From assembly GCA_034658755.1 (NCBI GenBank), contig JAYEFV010000257.1, forward strand, positions 1 through 36,252: a DNA stretch of 36,252 nucleotides, read 5' to 3'. Below, piece after piece: positions 16,660-25,918 of the stretch (positions within the stretch are counted from its first letter, which is position 1; each line of letters opens with the position of its first letter). Source of the stretch: Thermodesulfobacteriota bacterium. GTDB taxonomy: Bacteria; Desulfobacterota; Desulfobacteria; Desulfobacterales; UBA11574. The position numbers and the translations under genes were made by a program. The notes beneath the pieces were generated by a model. It had not been told where the DNA came from and made no database searches. It was given only the letters and a program-made list of their open reading frames with translations.

Positions 16660-17895
16660 ATGTCTTTTGAATATTTCATAGGCGGCCGCTATTTAAGGTC
16701 CAAACAAAAAGAGACCTTCATTTCGTTAATTACCATGCTTTCCATTGCCGGCGTGACTGTGGGCGTAATGGCATTGATCGTAGTAATAGCTGTAATGACC
16801 GGATTTGAGTCCGATCTTAAGAACCGTATACTCGGGATTGAATCACATGTGGTGATCATGCGCCACGGTAATTCTTTTTCCGATTATCACAGAATATTGG
16901 GCCAGGTTATTAACACAAACGGAGTCGAAGCCGCTACGCCTTTTATTTATACCCAGATCATGCTCCGTTCATCGTCAGGAGTATCCGGGGCTGTTTTAAG
17001 AGGCATAGATCCGGAATCGGCCGGAAGGGTAATAAAGGTTATCGATCGTTCCGCTTTGCTGAATTTAGAAAAGATGCATCAGGGAAAGAATACTACCGGT
17101 TTTGTTCCCGGTGTCATTCTTGGCAAGGAGCTTGCCAAAAATCTGGGTTTGGGTATGGGTGATGCGGTCTACCTGATATCATCCCGGGGAATGATTTCTC
17201 CCATGGGATACTTGCCCGCCATGAAGCGTTTTCAGGTGGCAGGTTTGTTCGAGTCGGGCATGTATGAATATGATGGATCCCTGGCTTACATCCATTTAAG
17301 CGATGCCCAGAAAATATTACACATGAAAAATTCCGTCACCGGTATCGAAGTCAGGGTAAATGATATCTATAACGCCAGGAATATCGCAGATAAGATAGTG
17401 GCTGACGTTGGATTTCCGTATTGGACCAGAGACTGGATGCAGATGAATCACAATCTGTTTTCTGCCCTTAAACTGGAAAAGACGGTTATGTTTATTATTC
17501 TAGCACTTATTGTTCTTGTGGCAGCATTTAACATCGCAAGCACTTTGATTATGATGGTGATGGGAAAGACCAGAGATATTGCCATATTAAAAGCCATGGG
17601 AGCCATGGATAGCAGCATCAGGAAGATTTTTATCTTCAAGGGAATGATCATCGGTTTCATGGGCATCTCGCTGGGTGTTTGTCTTGGGTTTATCATGTGC
17701 AAATTGCTGGAGAAATATAAGTTTATTGAACTTCCGGGAGATGTGTACTATATCTCAACCCTTCCGGTACGACTTGCGGCTCTGGATGTTTTTATAATAG
17801 CCGCCGCTGCAATGGCGATTTGTTTTGTGGCGACACTCTATCCGGCATGCCAGGCCTCCAAACTCAACCCTGTTGAAGCGATCCGTTATGGTTAA
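16660..17895 (+). CDS. lolC: lipoprotein-releasing system permease (LolC/LolE family, FtsX/MacB-type)
   Basis: 411 aa. N-terminal TM, large periplasmic domain and a C-terminal three-TM FtsX domain. Immediately followed by, and overlapping, lolD. Confidence 0.85.
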   Translation: MSFEYFIGGRYLRSKQKETFISLITMLSIAGVTVGVMALIVVIAVMTGFESDLKNRILGIESHVVIMRHGNSFSDYHRILGQVINTNGVEAATPFIYTQIMLRSSSGVSGAVLRGIDPESAGRVIKVIDRSALLNLEKMHQGKNTTGFVPGVILGKELAKNLGLGMGDAVYLISSRGMISPMGYLPAMKRFQVAGLFESGMYEYDGSLAYIHLSDAQKILHMKNSVTGIEVRVNDIYNARNIADKIVADVGFPYWTRDWMQMNHNLFSALKLEKTVMFIILALIVLVAAFNIASTLIMMVMGKTRDIAILKAMGAMDSSIRKIFIFKGMIIGFMGISLGVCLGFIMCKLLEKYKFIELPGDVYYISTLPVRLAALDVFIIAAAAMAICFVATLYPACQASKLNPVEAIRYG

Positions 17896-18601
17896 CTCCG
17901 AGAAAAACGACAAAAAGCCTGTTCCAGATCATTTTTTGTCGGTGAAAGGTCTATGTAAGAGTTTCGACAACAGCGGTACCCGTATTGATATCTTAAAGGG
18001 GGTTAACCTTGATTTGAACGTCGGAGAGACCTTGGCAATAGTCGGAGCGTCGGGTATCGGCAAGTCTACACTGCTTCACCTGCTGGGAGCACTCGACCGG
18101 GCTGATAGCGGAACGTATCTTTTCCAAGGTGAAGATATCTTTCTTCTTGATAATGCCAGGCTGGCGCAATTTCGGAACGAGTCTTTAGGTTTTGTGTTTC
18201 AGTTCCATTATTTGCTTCCGGAGTTTTCCGCTCTTGAAAATGCCATGATGCCGGCATTGATTAAAGGGCTGGACAAACAAAAAGCCAGGGAGGCTGCAGA
18301 GGCGATTCTTGTCAGAGTGGGACTTCAAGACAGATTAAATTTCAGAGTCGGAAAGCTTTCAGGGGGTGAACAGCAACGGGTTGCGCTTGCCAGAGCCCTT
18401 GTTCTCAATCCGGTTATACTTCTGGCCGATGAACCCTCGGGTAATCTTGATAAAGGAAGCAGTGAGCGCGTCCATAGCCTGCTTTTGGAGTTGAATAAAG
18501 AATTTTGCATGACTCTGATAGTGGTGACACATAACATGGAACTTGCATCTTACATGTCACATAGCATGACGATTGTCGACGGACAGCTGGTAAAATTTTG
18601 A
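17888..18601 (+). CDS. lolD: lipoprotein-releasing system ATP-binding protein
   Basis: The ATG at 17888 overlaps the lolC stop by 8 nt (the track ORF starts earlier, inside lolC). Walker A GASGIGKST, signature LSGGEQQR, Walker B LLADEPSGNLD. Confidence 0.88.
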   Translation: MVNSEKNDKKPVPDHFLSVKGLCKSFDNSGTRIDILKGVNLDLNVGETLAIVGASGIGKSTLLHLLGALDRADSGTYLFQGEDIFLLDNARLAQFRNESLGFVFQFHYLLPEFSALENAMMPALIKGLDKQKAREAAEAILVRVGLQDRLNFRVGKLSGGEQQRVALARALVLNPVILLADEPSGNLDKGSSERVHSLLLELNKEFCMTLIVVTHNMELASYMSHSMTIVDGQLVKF

Positions 18602-18637
18602 GTTTATGGATCTGATGATCGGGACAATTAGGATTCT

Positions 18638-21262
18638 ATGTTAAGACGATTATGCTTGATTATTATTGCCATACCATGCTTTTTACCGAACACTGCGCAT
18701 TCTTTAGAAACCGTACGGGTGCTGGTATTGCCAATTGAAGTACATGCTGTTAAAGATTTTCCATATATGCAAACCGAAATTTCGGATATGATTAAAAAAG
18801 ACCTCGAACAGGAAGGTGTCATTATACTGGAACCGGGAATTATTACTGATTTTGCAGAGGAGAAAGGTACTGTAACTATAGAAGGAATCCGGAATTTTGG
18901 TGTTCAAAGCGGTGCCGACTATGTTGTCTGGGGCAGTTTGACATGGATCGGGCAAAAATTCATCCTGGTTGTAAAGATGTTAGAATCTTTTGGAGAAGGG
19001 TCTGTCGGTGTTTTTGTTAAAGAGGGCAGGGGTTTAGAAAAAGTGTCCGGAACCGTGAAGCAACTCGTCTATGATATGAGCTTGAAGCTTTTTAAGCGGG
19101 AAAAGGTTGTCAAAGTGCTTATTACCGGCAATAAGCGTATAGAGGGAGATGCTATCAAAGAGGTTATAAAAACAAAGCCCGGGGACGTATATATTGCTAA
19201 AAGCCTTTCTCAAGATCTTAAGGCTGTATATTCGATGGGATATTTTGAAGATATCCGGATTGAGGCGGAAGCAAGCACCCACGGCAAGGTAATCATATTC
19301 AGGGTAAAGGAAAAGGCGAATATCCGGATTATTCGTTTTCAAGGCAACAAGCTCTATAAGGATGACGAGATCAAAGAAAATTTAAGTATACGGACAGGTT
19401 CAATACTGAATATATTCAAGGTTCGCAGCAACATTAAACGGATAGAAGCGCTTTATAAAGAAAAGAACTATCATAATGTAAAAGTTACTTACACGATTCA
19501 TCAGCTGGAGAATAATCAGGCTGACCTGGAATTTGTTATCCAAGAGGGTGAAAAAGTCCTGATAAGGCATATTATATTTGAAGGGAACACCGCTTATAAA
19601 GACAAGAAGCTGAAAAAAATGATGGAAACATCCGAAAAAGGGTTTTTTTCGTGGATGACCTCATCCGGAGTTCTGAACAGGGAGGATCTTCAACAGGATA
19701 TCGCCAAACTTTCAGCTTTTTATTATAACAACGGTTATATCCAGGCCAGGATATCCGAACCGCAAATTGAATATCGTGAAGACTGGATATATATTACAAT
19801 AAAAATTGATGAAGGCCCACGGTTCAAGGTTAGCAAGGTGGACATCACCGGTGACCTTATCTTGTTAGAGGAGGAATTAAAGAAAAAGCTAAAAATTACC
19901 AAGGAAACCTTTTATAATCGTGAAGTTGTGCGTAACGATGTGCTGGCCCTTACGGATCTATATTCAGATGAGGGTTACGCCTACGCCGAAGTATCTCCTA
20001 GGATTGACAAAAATTTCGACGAATTGACGGTTAATATTACCTACGTTGTCGCAAAACGTAACCATGTCTATTTTGAAAACATTATTATCGGCGGGAACAC
20101 GAAAACCAGGGATAAGGTTATCCGGCGTGAACTTAGGGTCTATGAACAGGAACTTTTCAGCGGTAAGGGGTTAAAACGGAGCGTCCGCAACCTTTACCGG
20201 CTCGATTATTTCGAGGACATAAAGGTTAACACCGTCAAGGGGAGTGCCGACGACAAAATGATTTTAAAAATCGATGTTACTGAAAAGCCCACAGGCGCCT
20301 TTTCTTTTGGCGCCGGTTACAGCACCGTGGAAAATATTTTTGGCATGGCCTCTATCTCCCAGAATAATCTTTTTGGGCGTGGCCAGATCCTTGAACTTAA
20401 CACCCAATTAGGAGGGACAACAACCCTGTATAGGCTGACTTTTACGGAACCCTGGCTGTTTGATATTCCCCTGTCAGCAAGATTTAATCTGTATGACTGG
20501 GATACCGATTATGATACGTACGACAAGCACAGTAGGGGAGTAGGTTTAAGGTTTGGATACCCTGTTTTTGATTTTGTGCGGGCATATATTGGTTATAATT
20601 ACGAAGTTGCAGATTTAACAAATATTGACGAGAATGCTTCGGAATCAATAAAAGAACTGGAAGACGACAATACAATTAGCAGTATAACAACCTCTTTGAT
20701 TTACGACTCGAGGAACAGGAGATTTAATCCTACAAAAGGATCAACGCACAATATATCGGTGGAATATGCCGGCCTCGGCGGAGATATCGCCTTTACAAAA
20801 TTTCTAGCGGAAACCGGCTGGTATATACCGCTGTTTTGGCATATCGTTAATTTTATACATGGAGAAACAGGATATGTCACTGAAAATTCTGGTGGGACGC
20901 TCCCGGATTATGAACGATTTTATCTGGGAGGCATAAACTCGTTGCGCGGCTATGACTGGCAAGACATATACGTTTTAGATGAAAACGGCGATGAAATCGG
21001 GGGAAACAAATTTATACAATTTAATGTAGAACTCATATTTCCCCTGCTGAAGAAGCAAGGGATTGTTGGTCTTATCTTTTATGATACGGGAAATGTTTAT
21101 AATGACGACGAGAGTATAGACCTGTCCGATCTGAGAAAAACCGCGGGATTCGGTTTCAGATGGTTTTCTCCCATGGGTCCTATTCGCCTTGAGAGAGGGT
21201 ACATAATTGATAACGTGGGATCAGGGGCACAGTGGGAATTTGGAATGGGCACGTCTTTTTGA
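18638..21262 (+). CDS. bamA: outer membrane protein assembly factor BamA with an N-terminal extra domain
   Basis: 874 aa. Signal peptide ending AHS|LE. Five POTRA-like repeats starting near residue 157. C-terminal Omp85 barrel ending in the aromatic residue ...GMGTSF. Confidence 0.9.
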   Translation: MLRRLCLIIIAIPCFLPNTAHSLETVRVLVLPIEVHAVKDFPYMQTEISDMIKKDLEQEGVIILEPGIITDFAEEKGTVTIEGIRNFGVQSGADYVVWGSLTWIGQKFILVVKMLESFGEGSVGVFVKEGRGLEKVSGTVKQLVYDMSLKLFKREKVVKVLITGNKRIEGDAIKEVIKTKPGDVYIAKSLSQDLKAVYSMGYFEDIRIEAEASTHGKVIIFRVKEKANIRIIRFQGNKLYKDDEIKENLSIRTGSILNIFKVRSNIKRIEALYKEKNYHNVKVTYTIHQLENNQADLEFVIQEGEKVLIRHIIFEGNTAYKDKKLKKMMETSEKGFFSWMTSSGVLNREDLQQDIAKLSAFYYNNGYIQARISEPQIEYREDWIYITIKIDEGPRFKVSKVDITGDLILLEEELKKKLKITKETFYNREVVRNDVLALTDLYSDEGYAYAEVSPRIDKNFDELTVNITYVVAKRNHVYFENIIIGGNTKTRDKVIRRELRVYEQELFSGKGLKRSVRNLYRLDYFEDIKVNTVKGSADDKMILKIDVTEKPTGAFSFGAGYSTVENIFGMASISQNNLFGRGQILELNTQLGGTTTLYRLTFTEPWLFDIPLSARFNLYDWDTDYDTYDKHSRGVGLRFGYPVFDFVRAYIGYNYEVADLTNIDENASESIKELEDDNTISSITTSLIYDSRNRRFNPTKGSTHNISVEYAGLGGDIAFTKFLAETGWYIPLFWHIVNFIHGETGYVTENSGGTLPDYERFYLGGINSLRGYDWQDIYVLDENGDEIGGNKFIQFNVELIFPLLKKQGIVGLIFYDTGNVYNDDESIDLSDLRKTAGFGFRWFSPMGPIRLERGYIIDNVGSGAQWEFGMGTSF

Positions 21263-21333
21263 TAACTATGAATGGTTAAGTGGTTGAGTAGTTCCATAAG
21301 AAACAGTTAGATTATCTTTGAAGGGGGAATAAA

Positions 21334-21870
21334 ATGCAGACGTGTAAAGTGGCTTTTGTGGCAACAGTTATTTGTTTTTGTTTACTTGCTTCTTCTTACG
21401 GAGCAGATGTCGCCAAAATAGGTATTGTAGATTTTCAGAGAATTCTTAAGACATCGAGTGCCGGCAAAAAGGCAACGGCTGAAATCAATAAACGGGGCAA
21501 AAAGATAGAGGCTGATCTCAAGAAAAAGGGAGAAGAAATCGAAGCGACAAAAAATAAGCTTGAACGTGAAGCGCTTGTAATGAGTAGGGAGATACGGGAA
21601 GAGAAAGAACGTGAAATAAGAATAAATATCAATGATTTTAAATTGTTGCAGAAAAGATATGTGGCTGAGTTCAAGGATCAAGAAAAAAGACTTGTAGCCC
21701 GGATCCAGGAAGAAATTTTAAAAATTATTGCTGAAATGGGTAAAAAGGAAGGTTTTCTTCTTATTCTTGAAAAACGGGAGGCCGGAGTGATGTATGCCCC
21801 AAACACAATCGATATCACCGACCGGTTAATTCAGAAATACAATGCCGGTTTTGCCAGGAACGCTAAATAG
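21334..21870 (+). CDS. skp: OmpH/Skp periplasmic chaperone
   Basis: 178 aa. Signal peptide plus a long K/E-rich coiled-coil region. Canonical position between bamA and lpxD. Confidence 0.85.
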   Translation: MQTCKVAFVATVICFCLLASSYGADVAKIGIVDFQRILKTSSAGKKATAEINKRGKKIEADLKKKGEEIEATKNKLEREALVMSREIREEKEREIRININDFKLLQKRYVAEFKDQEKRLVARIQEEILKIIAEMGKKEGFLLILEKREAGVMYAPNTIDITDRLIQKYNAGFARNAK

Positions 21871-21882
21871 GTAAAATTTAAA

Positions 21883-22929
21883 ATGGAACTGTCACTTACC
21901 AGGATAGCCGAAGCTGTCAACGGCGAGGTAAAAGGAGATAAGAATAAAAATATTTGTGGTGTTGCGCCTTTTGATGATGCTGCCGGCGATGAAATAACAT
22001 TTGCCGGTAATGCAAAATTCTTAAAAAAGATTGATAAAACAGATGCCGGAGCGATTATTGTTCCACGCGATTTTCAAGTTTCTACAAAAAACATTCTACA
22101 GGTGGATAATCCGCAGCTTGCTTTTGCCATGGTGTTGAACCTTTTTTATCCCCCGTTAAAACCTGAACCCGGTATAAGTTCATATGCATATATCGGTAAA
22201 AACTTTTTATGCGGCCGGGAAGCATCGATAGCTCCTTTTGCCGTGATTGGAAATAACGTCACTGTTGGTCATGGAATTGCGCTTTCTCCCAACGTGGTTA
22301 TCGGCGACAACGTTGTCATCGGAAACGATGTTAGGATTTACCCCAATGTGACAATTCTTGAGCGCTGCACAATAGGAAACCGGGTGATAATACATGCCGG
22401 GACCGTTATCGGAAGTGACGGTTTCGGTTTTGCTCCTGACGGAAAAAAGTATTACAAGATTCCCCATACCGGTATTGTCCAAATAGATGATGATGTGGAA
22501 ATTGGTGCGGGGAATACAATTGACAGAGCCACTTTTGGTAAAACCTGGATAAAACGTGGAGTTAAAACAGATAACCTTGTTCACATTGCTCACAATGTGA
22601 CCGTGGGTGAAAATAGTGTGCTTGTGGCCCAAGTCGGAATTTCAGGGAGCGTTACCATCGGGAAAAACGCTATACTGGCAGGGCAGGCAGGAGTTATAGG
22701 CCATCTGACCATAGGGGATAATGTAACCATTGGTGCTCAGGCCGGAGTTGCTAAATCGGTGTCCGGTGATGAAATTGTGTCTGGATCACCTGCAATAACT
22801 CACCGACAGTGGCTCAGGATGCAGAGGATTTTGCCAAAGCTTCCCGAGCTTAAAAAAAAGCTGGAGGACATCGAAAAGAGGTTAAAAAAGATTGAGAGAT
22901 CGGAGAGGGAAAATGGAAAAAACTTTTGA
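21883..22929 (+). CDS. lpxD: UDP-3-O-acylglucosamine N-acyltransferase
   Basis: 348 aa. N-terminal uridine-binding region followed by a long run of hexapeptide (left-handed beta-helix) repeats. Conserved lpxD-fabZ-lpxA order. Confidence 0.9.
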   Translation: MELSLTRIAEAVNGEVKGDKNKNICGVAPFDDAAGDEITFAGNAKFLKKIDKTDAGAIIVPRDFQVSTKNILQVDNPQLAFAMVLNLFYPPLKPEPGISSYAYIGKNFLCGREASIAPFAVIGNNVTVGHGIALSPNVVIGDNVVIGNDVRIYPNVTILERCTIGNRVIIHAGTVIGSDGFGFAPDGKKYYKIPHTGIVQIDDDVEIGAGNTIDRATFGKTWIKRGVKTDNLVHIAHNVTVGENSVLVAQVGISGSVTIGKNAILAGQAGVIGHLTIGDNVTIGAQAGVAKSVSGDEIVSGSPAITHRQWLRMQRILPKLPELKKKLEDIEKRLKKIERSERENGKNF

Positions 22930-23356
22930 TATTCAAAAAATTATGAACTTATTACCTCACCGATATCCGTTCATCATGATTGATCGTATACTTGAACTGA
23001 TTCCCGGCGAGAAGGCGGTTGCTCTTAAAAACGTGACCATCAACGAACCTTTTTTCCAGGGTCATTTCCCTGGGAGTCCGATTATGCCCGGAGTACTTAT
23101 GATTGAGGCCATGGCCCAGGCTGGCGCTGTGCTGGCTGCTGAATCACTGCCCGAAGAAGAACAAGGTTCGCTGATATATTTTATGGGCATGAACAAGGTC
23201 AAATTTCGAAAACCGGTTGTTCCCGGAGATCAGATTATATTTGAGATAAAATTTTTAAAACAGCGGGGCAAGGTGTTCAAGATGTCCGGAATGGCCTTTG
23301 TTGATGAAAAACTGGTGGCTGAAGCCGAATTGATGGCCTCTTTTGGAGAAAAATAA
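22913..23356 (+). CDS. fabZ: 3-hydroxyacyl-ACP dehydratase
   Basis: The ATG at 22913 is preceded by GGAGAGGGA (the track ORF starts at an upstream TTG). LPHRYPFIMIDRI and FFQGHFPG..IMPGVL are FabZ hot-dog fold signatures. Confidence 0.92.
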   Translation: MEKTFDIQKIMNLLPHRYPFIMIDRILELIPGEKAVALKNVTINEPFFQGHFPGSPIMPGVLMIEAMAQAGAVLAAESLPEEEQGSLIYFMGMNKVKFRKPVVPGDQIIFEIKFLKQRGKVFKMSGMAFVDEKLVAEAELMASFGEK

Positions 23357-24126
23357 TGATACATGCAACTGCGATTGTAGATTCAAAGGCCGAACTGGAC
23401 GCTAACGTGGAAGTCGGGCCATATTCCATTATCCGGCAAAATGTGTCTATTGGAGCCGGAACCGTTATCGGGCCCCACGTCGTTATTGAACCATATGTTA
23501 ACATCGGCCAGGATTGTCATATATTTCAGTATGCCGCCATAGGGGCTGCTCCCCAGTCGCTAAAATTTAAGGGTGAAAAGAGCGATGTTAGGATCGGACG
23601 CGGAACTATTATACGCGAATTTGTCACGATACATAGGGGAACGGAATTCGGCGGGGGCCTCACTGAAGTCGGTGAAGAAAACTTTTTAATGGCCTATACC
23701 CATATTGCCCATGATTGTATCACCGGAAAAAAAGTTATTTTTGCAAACAACGCAACACTCGCCGGGCATATTACTATCGGTGATCATGCCACCATCGGCG
23801 GACTGGTGGCAATACACCAGTTTGTCAGGATCGGCAACTATGCATACGTCGGCGGAAAATCAGCGGTGGGAAAAGATATCCCACCCTATGTTCTTGCAGC
23901 TGGTGACAGGGCAAAACTGCATGGCTTAAACAGTGTTGGGTTGAAACGCCACGGGTTTTCACAAGAGACATTATCTTTATTAAAAAAAGCTTACCGGATT
24001 ATTTTTCGAATTGGGATTACTTTAAATGAGGCCATAGAAAGAGTCAAAGCGGAGGTGGAACAGGCTCCCGAGGTGGTCAGCCTGATCGATTTTATACAAT
24101 CTTCCCGGCGCGGGATTACAAGATGA
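23356..24126 (+). CDS. lpxA: acyl-ACP--UDP-N-acetylglucosamine O-acyltransferase
   Basis: 256 aa. Hexapeptide repeats plus a C-terminal helical domain. The start overlaps the fabZ stop (TAATG). Confidence 0.9.
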   Translation: MIHATAIVDSKAELDANVEVGPYSIIRQNVSIGAGTVIGPHVVIEPYVNIGQDCHIFQYAAIGAAPQSLKFKGEKSDVRIGRGTIIREFVTIHRGTEFGGGLTEVGEENFLMAYTHIAHDCITGKKVIFANNATLAGHITIGDHATIGGLVAIHQFVRIGNYAYVGGKSAVGKDIPPYVLAAGDRAKLHGLNSVGLKRHGFSQETLSLLKKAYRIIFRIGITLNEAIERVKAEVEQAPEVVSLIDFIQSSRRGITR

Positions 24127-24136
24127 CCCATGACAA

Positions 24137-24949
24137 ATGAATACTATGCGGATAGGACTTATTGCGGGGGGCGGCCAGTTCCCCATCATTTTTTCAAAAG
24201 TGGCAAAATCCAAAGGATTTGTCATTTATGCAGTTGCTTATAATAATGAGACTGATCCTGGCTTGAAAGAGCATGTTGATACTATTGAATGGATCCATCT
24301 CGGTCAGATCAAGCGCATTATTAAGTTTTTTAAAAAGAACGCAGTAAGCCAGGCGGTTATGATGGGGGCCATAACAAAGACCAGAATGTTTTCGGATGTC
24401 AGGCCTGACATCAAAGCCATTTCCATTATTGCCGCCATGCGGCATACCCATGATGACGGGCTGTTAAGGGGTTTTGTCACACTTCTCGAAAAAGAAGGTA
24501 TTGAAATAAAGCCCTCAACATTTTTGCTGCCGGATCTTCTGGCGCTAAAAGGCTGCTGGACAAAACGGAAGCCGACTCGATCCGAGAAGAATGATATCGA
24601 ACTCGGCTGGAGAGTAGCCAAGGAGATCGGGCGACTTGATATCGGCCAGTGTGTGGTGGTAGGAGGCGGGTCTGTTCTGGCAGTGGAGGCTATTGATGGA
24701 ACCGATGCTACCATAATGCGGGGCGGAAGGCTTGGCAAAGGTACTGCAGCTGTTGTTAAGGTCTGCAAGCCCGACCAGGACATACGATTCGACATCCCTG
24801 CAATCGGTGTGCAAACAATTAAAACCATGTATGAAGCAGGAGCAGGGGTGCTCGTTGTTGAAGCCGGAAAGGCGGTTGTTTTTGACCGGCAAGAGATGAT
24901 CGACATGGCGGACGAGTATGGTATCGCCGTGGTTGCAATGGAAAAATAA
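24137..24949 (+). CDS. lpxI: UDP-2,3-diacylglucosamine diphosphatase, LpxI type (DUF1009)
   Basis: 270 aa with IGLIAGGGQFP and GQCVVVGGGSVLAVEAIDGTDATI, typical of LpxI. Positioned between lpxA and lpxB as in other LpxI-using bacteria. Confidence 0.8.
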   Translation: MNTMRIGLIAGGGQFPIIFSKVAKSKGFVIYAVAYNNETDPGLKEHVDTIEWIHLGQIKRIIKFFKKNAVSQAVMMGAITKTRMFSDVRPDIKAISIIAAMRHTHDDGLLRGFVTLLEKEGIEIKPSTFLLPDLLALKGCWTKRKPTRSEKNDIELGWRVAKEIGRLDIGQCVVVGGGSVLAVEAIDGTDATIMRGGRLGKGTAAVVKVCKPDQDIRFDIPAIGVQTIKTMYEAGAGVLVVEAGKAVVFDRQEMIDMADEYGIAVVAMEK

Positions 24950-24954
24950 AGGTT

Positions 24955-25911
24955 ATGAAGAAATTGCGTGTGGGTGTTGTGGGTGCGGGTTATCTCGGGA
25001 GATTTCATGCTGAAAAGTATGCCCGAATGGATGACGTTGAACTCATCGGCGTTGTCGATATCAACAAATCCCAGGCCGAGGAGGTTGCCGGAAGGTTTAA
25101 TACAAAGGCATATCCAAACCACCAATACCTTTTTGGAAAAGTCGATGCTGTCAGCATCGTTGTTCCTACACCGGCTCATTTTTCTGTTGCCAAGGATTTT
25201 TTGGAAAATAATATCGATGTGCTTATAGAAAAGCCCATGTCGGAAACCACTGAAGAGGCAGACGAGCTCATCCGTTTTTCAAAATCGAAAAATCTTATTA
25301 TCCAGGTTGGGCATCTTGAACGATTTAATCCGGCGGTTGTAGCCCTCCAGGATATTATTAAAAAGCCGATGTTCATTGAGTCGCATCGATTGAGCATTTA
25401 CAAGGACCGGTGTGCAGATGTGAGTGTTGTGCTCGATCTTATGATTCATGATATTGATATTATACTTAACTTTGTTCGGTCGGAAATCGTCGGTATCCAT
25501 GCGGCAGGCATTCCTGTAATTTCCGGACATGTTGATATTGCCAATGCACGTCTTGAGTTTAAAAGCGGGTGTATCGCCAATGTTACAGCCAGTCGAATAT
25601 CGACCAAAAATGAAAGGAAGATCAGGCTGTTTCAAAAAAATGCCTATATATCCGTCGATTTTGCAAATCAGGGAATTACCGTTATTCAGCAGAACGATAA
25701 CATTGAAGGTGGTCTTATACCCGGCATGGAAATCAAACAGCTTAGTTTTGCAAAGGCTGATGCGCTGGAAGATGAATTAAAATCGTTTGTAAAGGCGGTA
25801 AGAAGACGTGAAGCTCCGGAGGTCACAGGCCAGATGGGACGTGATGCCTTAAAGATCGCTTTGAGCATTATGAAGCAGATCAGTGATACCAACAGCCGTT
25901 TTTTGCGTTAG
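24955..25911 (+). CDS. Gfo/Idh/MocA-family NAD-dependent oxidoreductase embedded in the lpx operon (GnnA-like candidate)
   Basis: 318 aa. N-terminal Rossmann motif VGVVGAGYLGRFHA, EKP motif (LIEKPM) and a C-terminal alpha/beta dimerisation domain. Lies 5 nt after lpxI and 7 nt before lpxB. Confidence 0.75.
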   Translation: MKKLRVGVVGAGYLGRFHAEKYARMDDVELIGVVDINKSQAEEVAGRFNTKAYPNHQYLFGKVDAVSIVVPTPAHFSVAKDFLENNIDVLIEKPMSETTEEADELIRFSKSKNLIIQVGHLERFNPAVVALQDIIKKPMFIESHRLSIYKDRCADVSVVLDLMIHDIDIILNFVRSEIVGIHAAGIPVISGHVDIANARLEFKSGCIANVTASRISTKNERKIRLFQKNAYISVDFANQGITVIQQNDNIEGGLIPGMEIKQLSFAKADALEDELKSFVKAVRRREAPEVTGQMGRDALKIALSIMKQISDTNSRFLR

Positions 25912-25918
25912 CAATCTT

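Noticed and set aside
21275-21288. gttaagtggttgag downstream of bamA matches the reverse complement of 34866-34879 (gttaagtggttaag).
   Set aside because: This is a 13/14 match. By rough count, tens of such 14-15-mer near-matches are expected by chance among all position pairs in a 36-kb window on both strands. The flanks are not similar.
24304-25179. 291-aa ORF on the minus strand. Similar long antisense ORFs lie at 305-937, 4332-4958, 1391-1738, 12322-12711 and 14438-14842.
   Set aside because: All lie entirely antisense to ORFs with strong, motif-supported identities (lpxI/oxidoreductase, nnr, sat/cysC, pilC, kinase). Their translations are low-complexity (S/P/R/A-rich) with no recognisable motifs. 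They are typical shadow ORFs.
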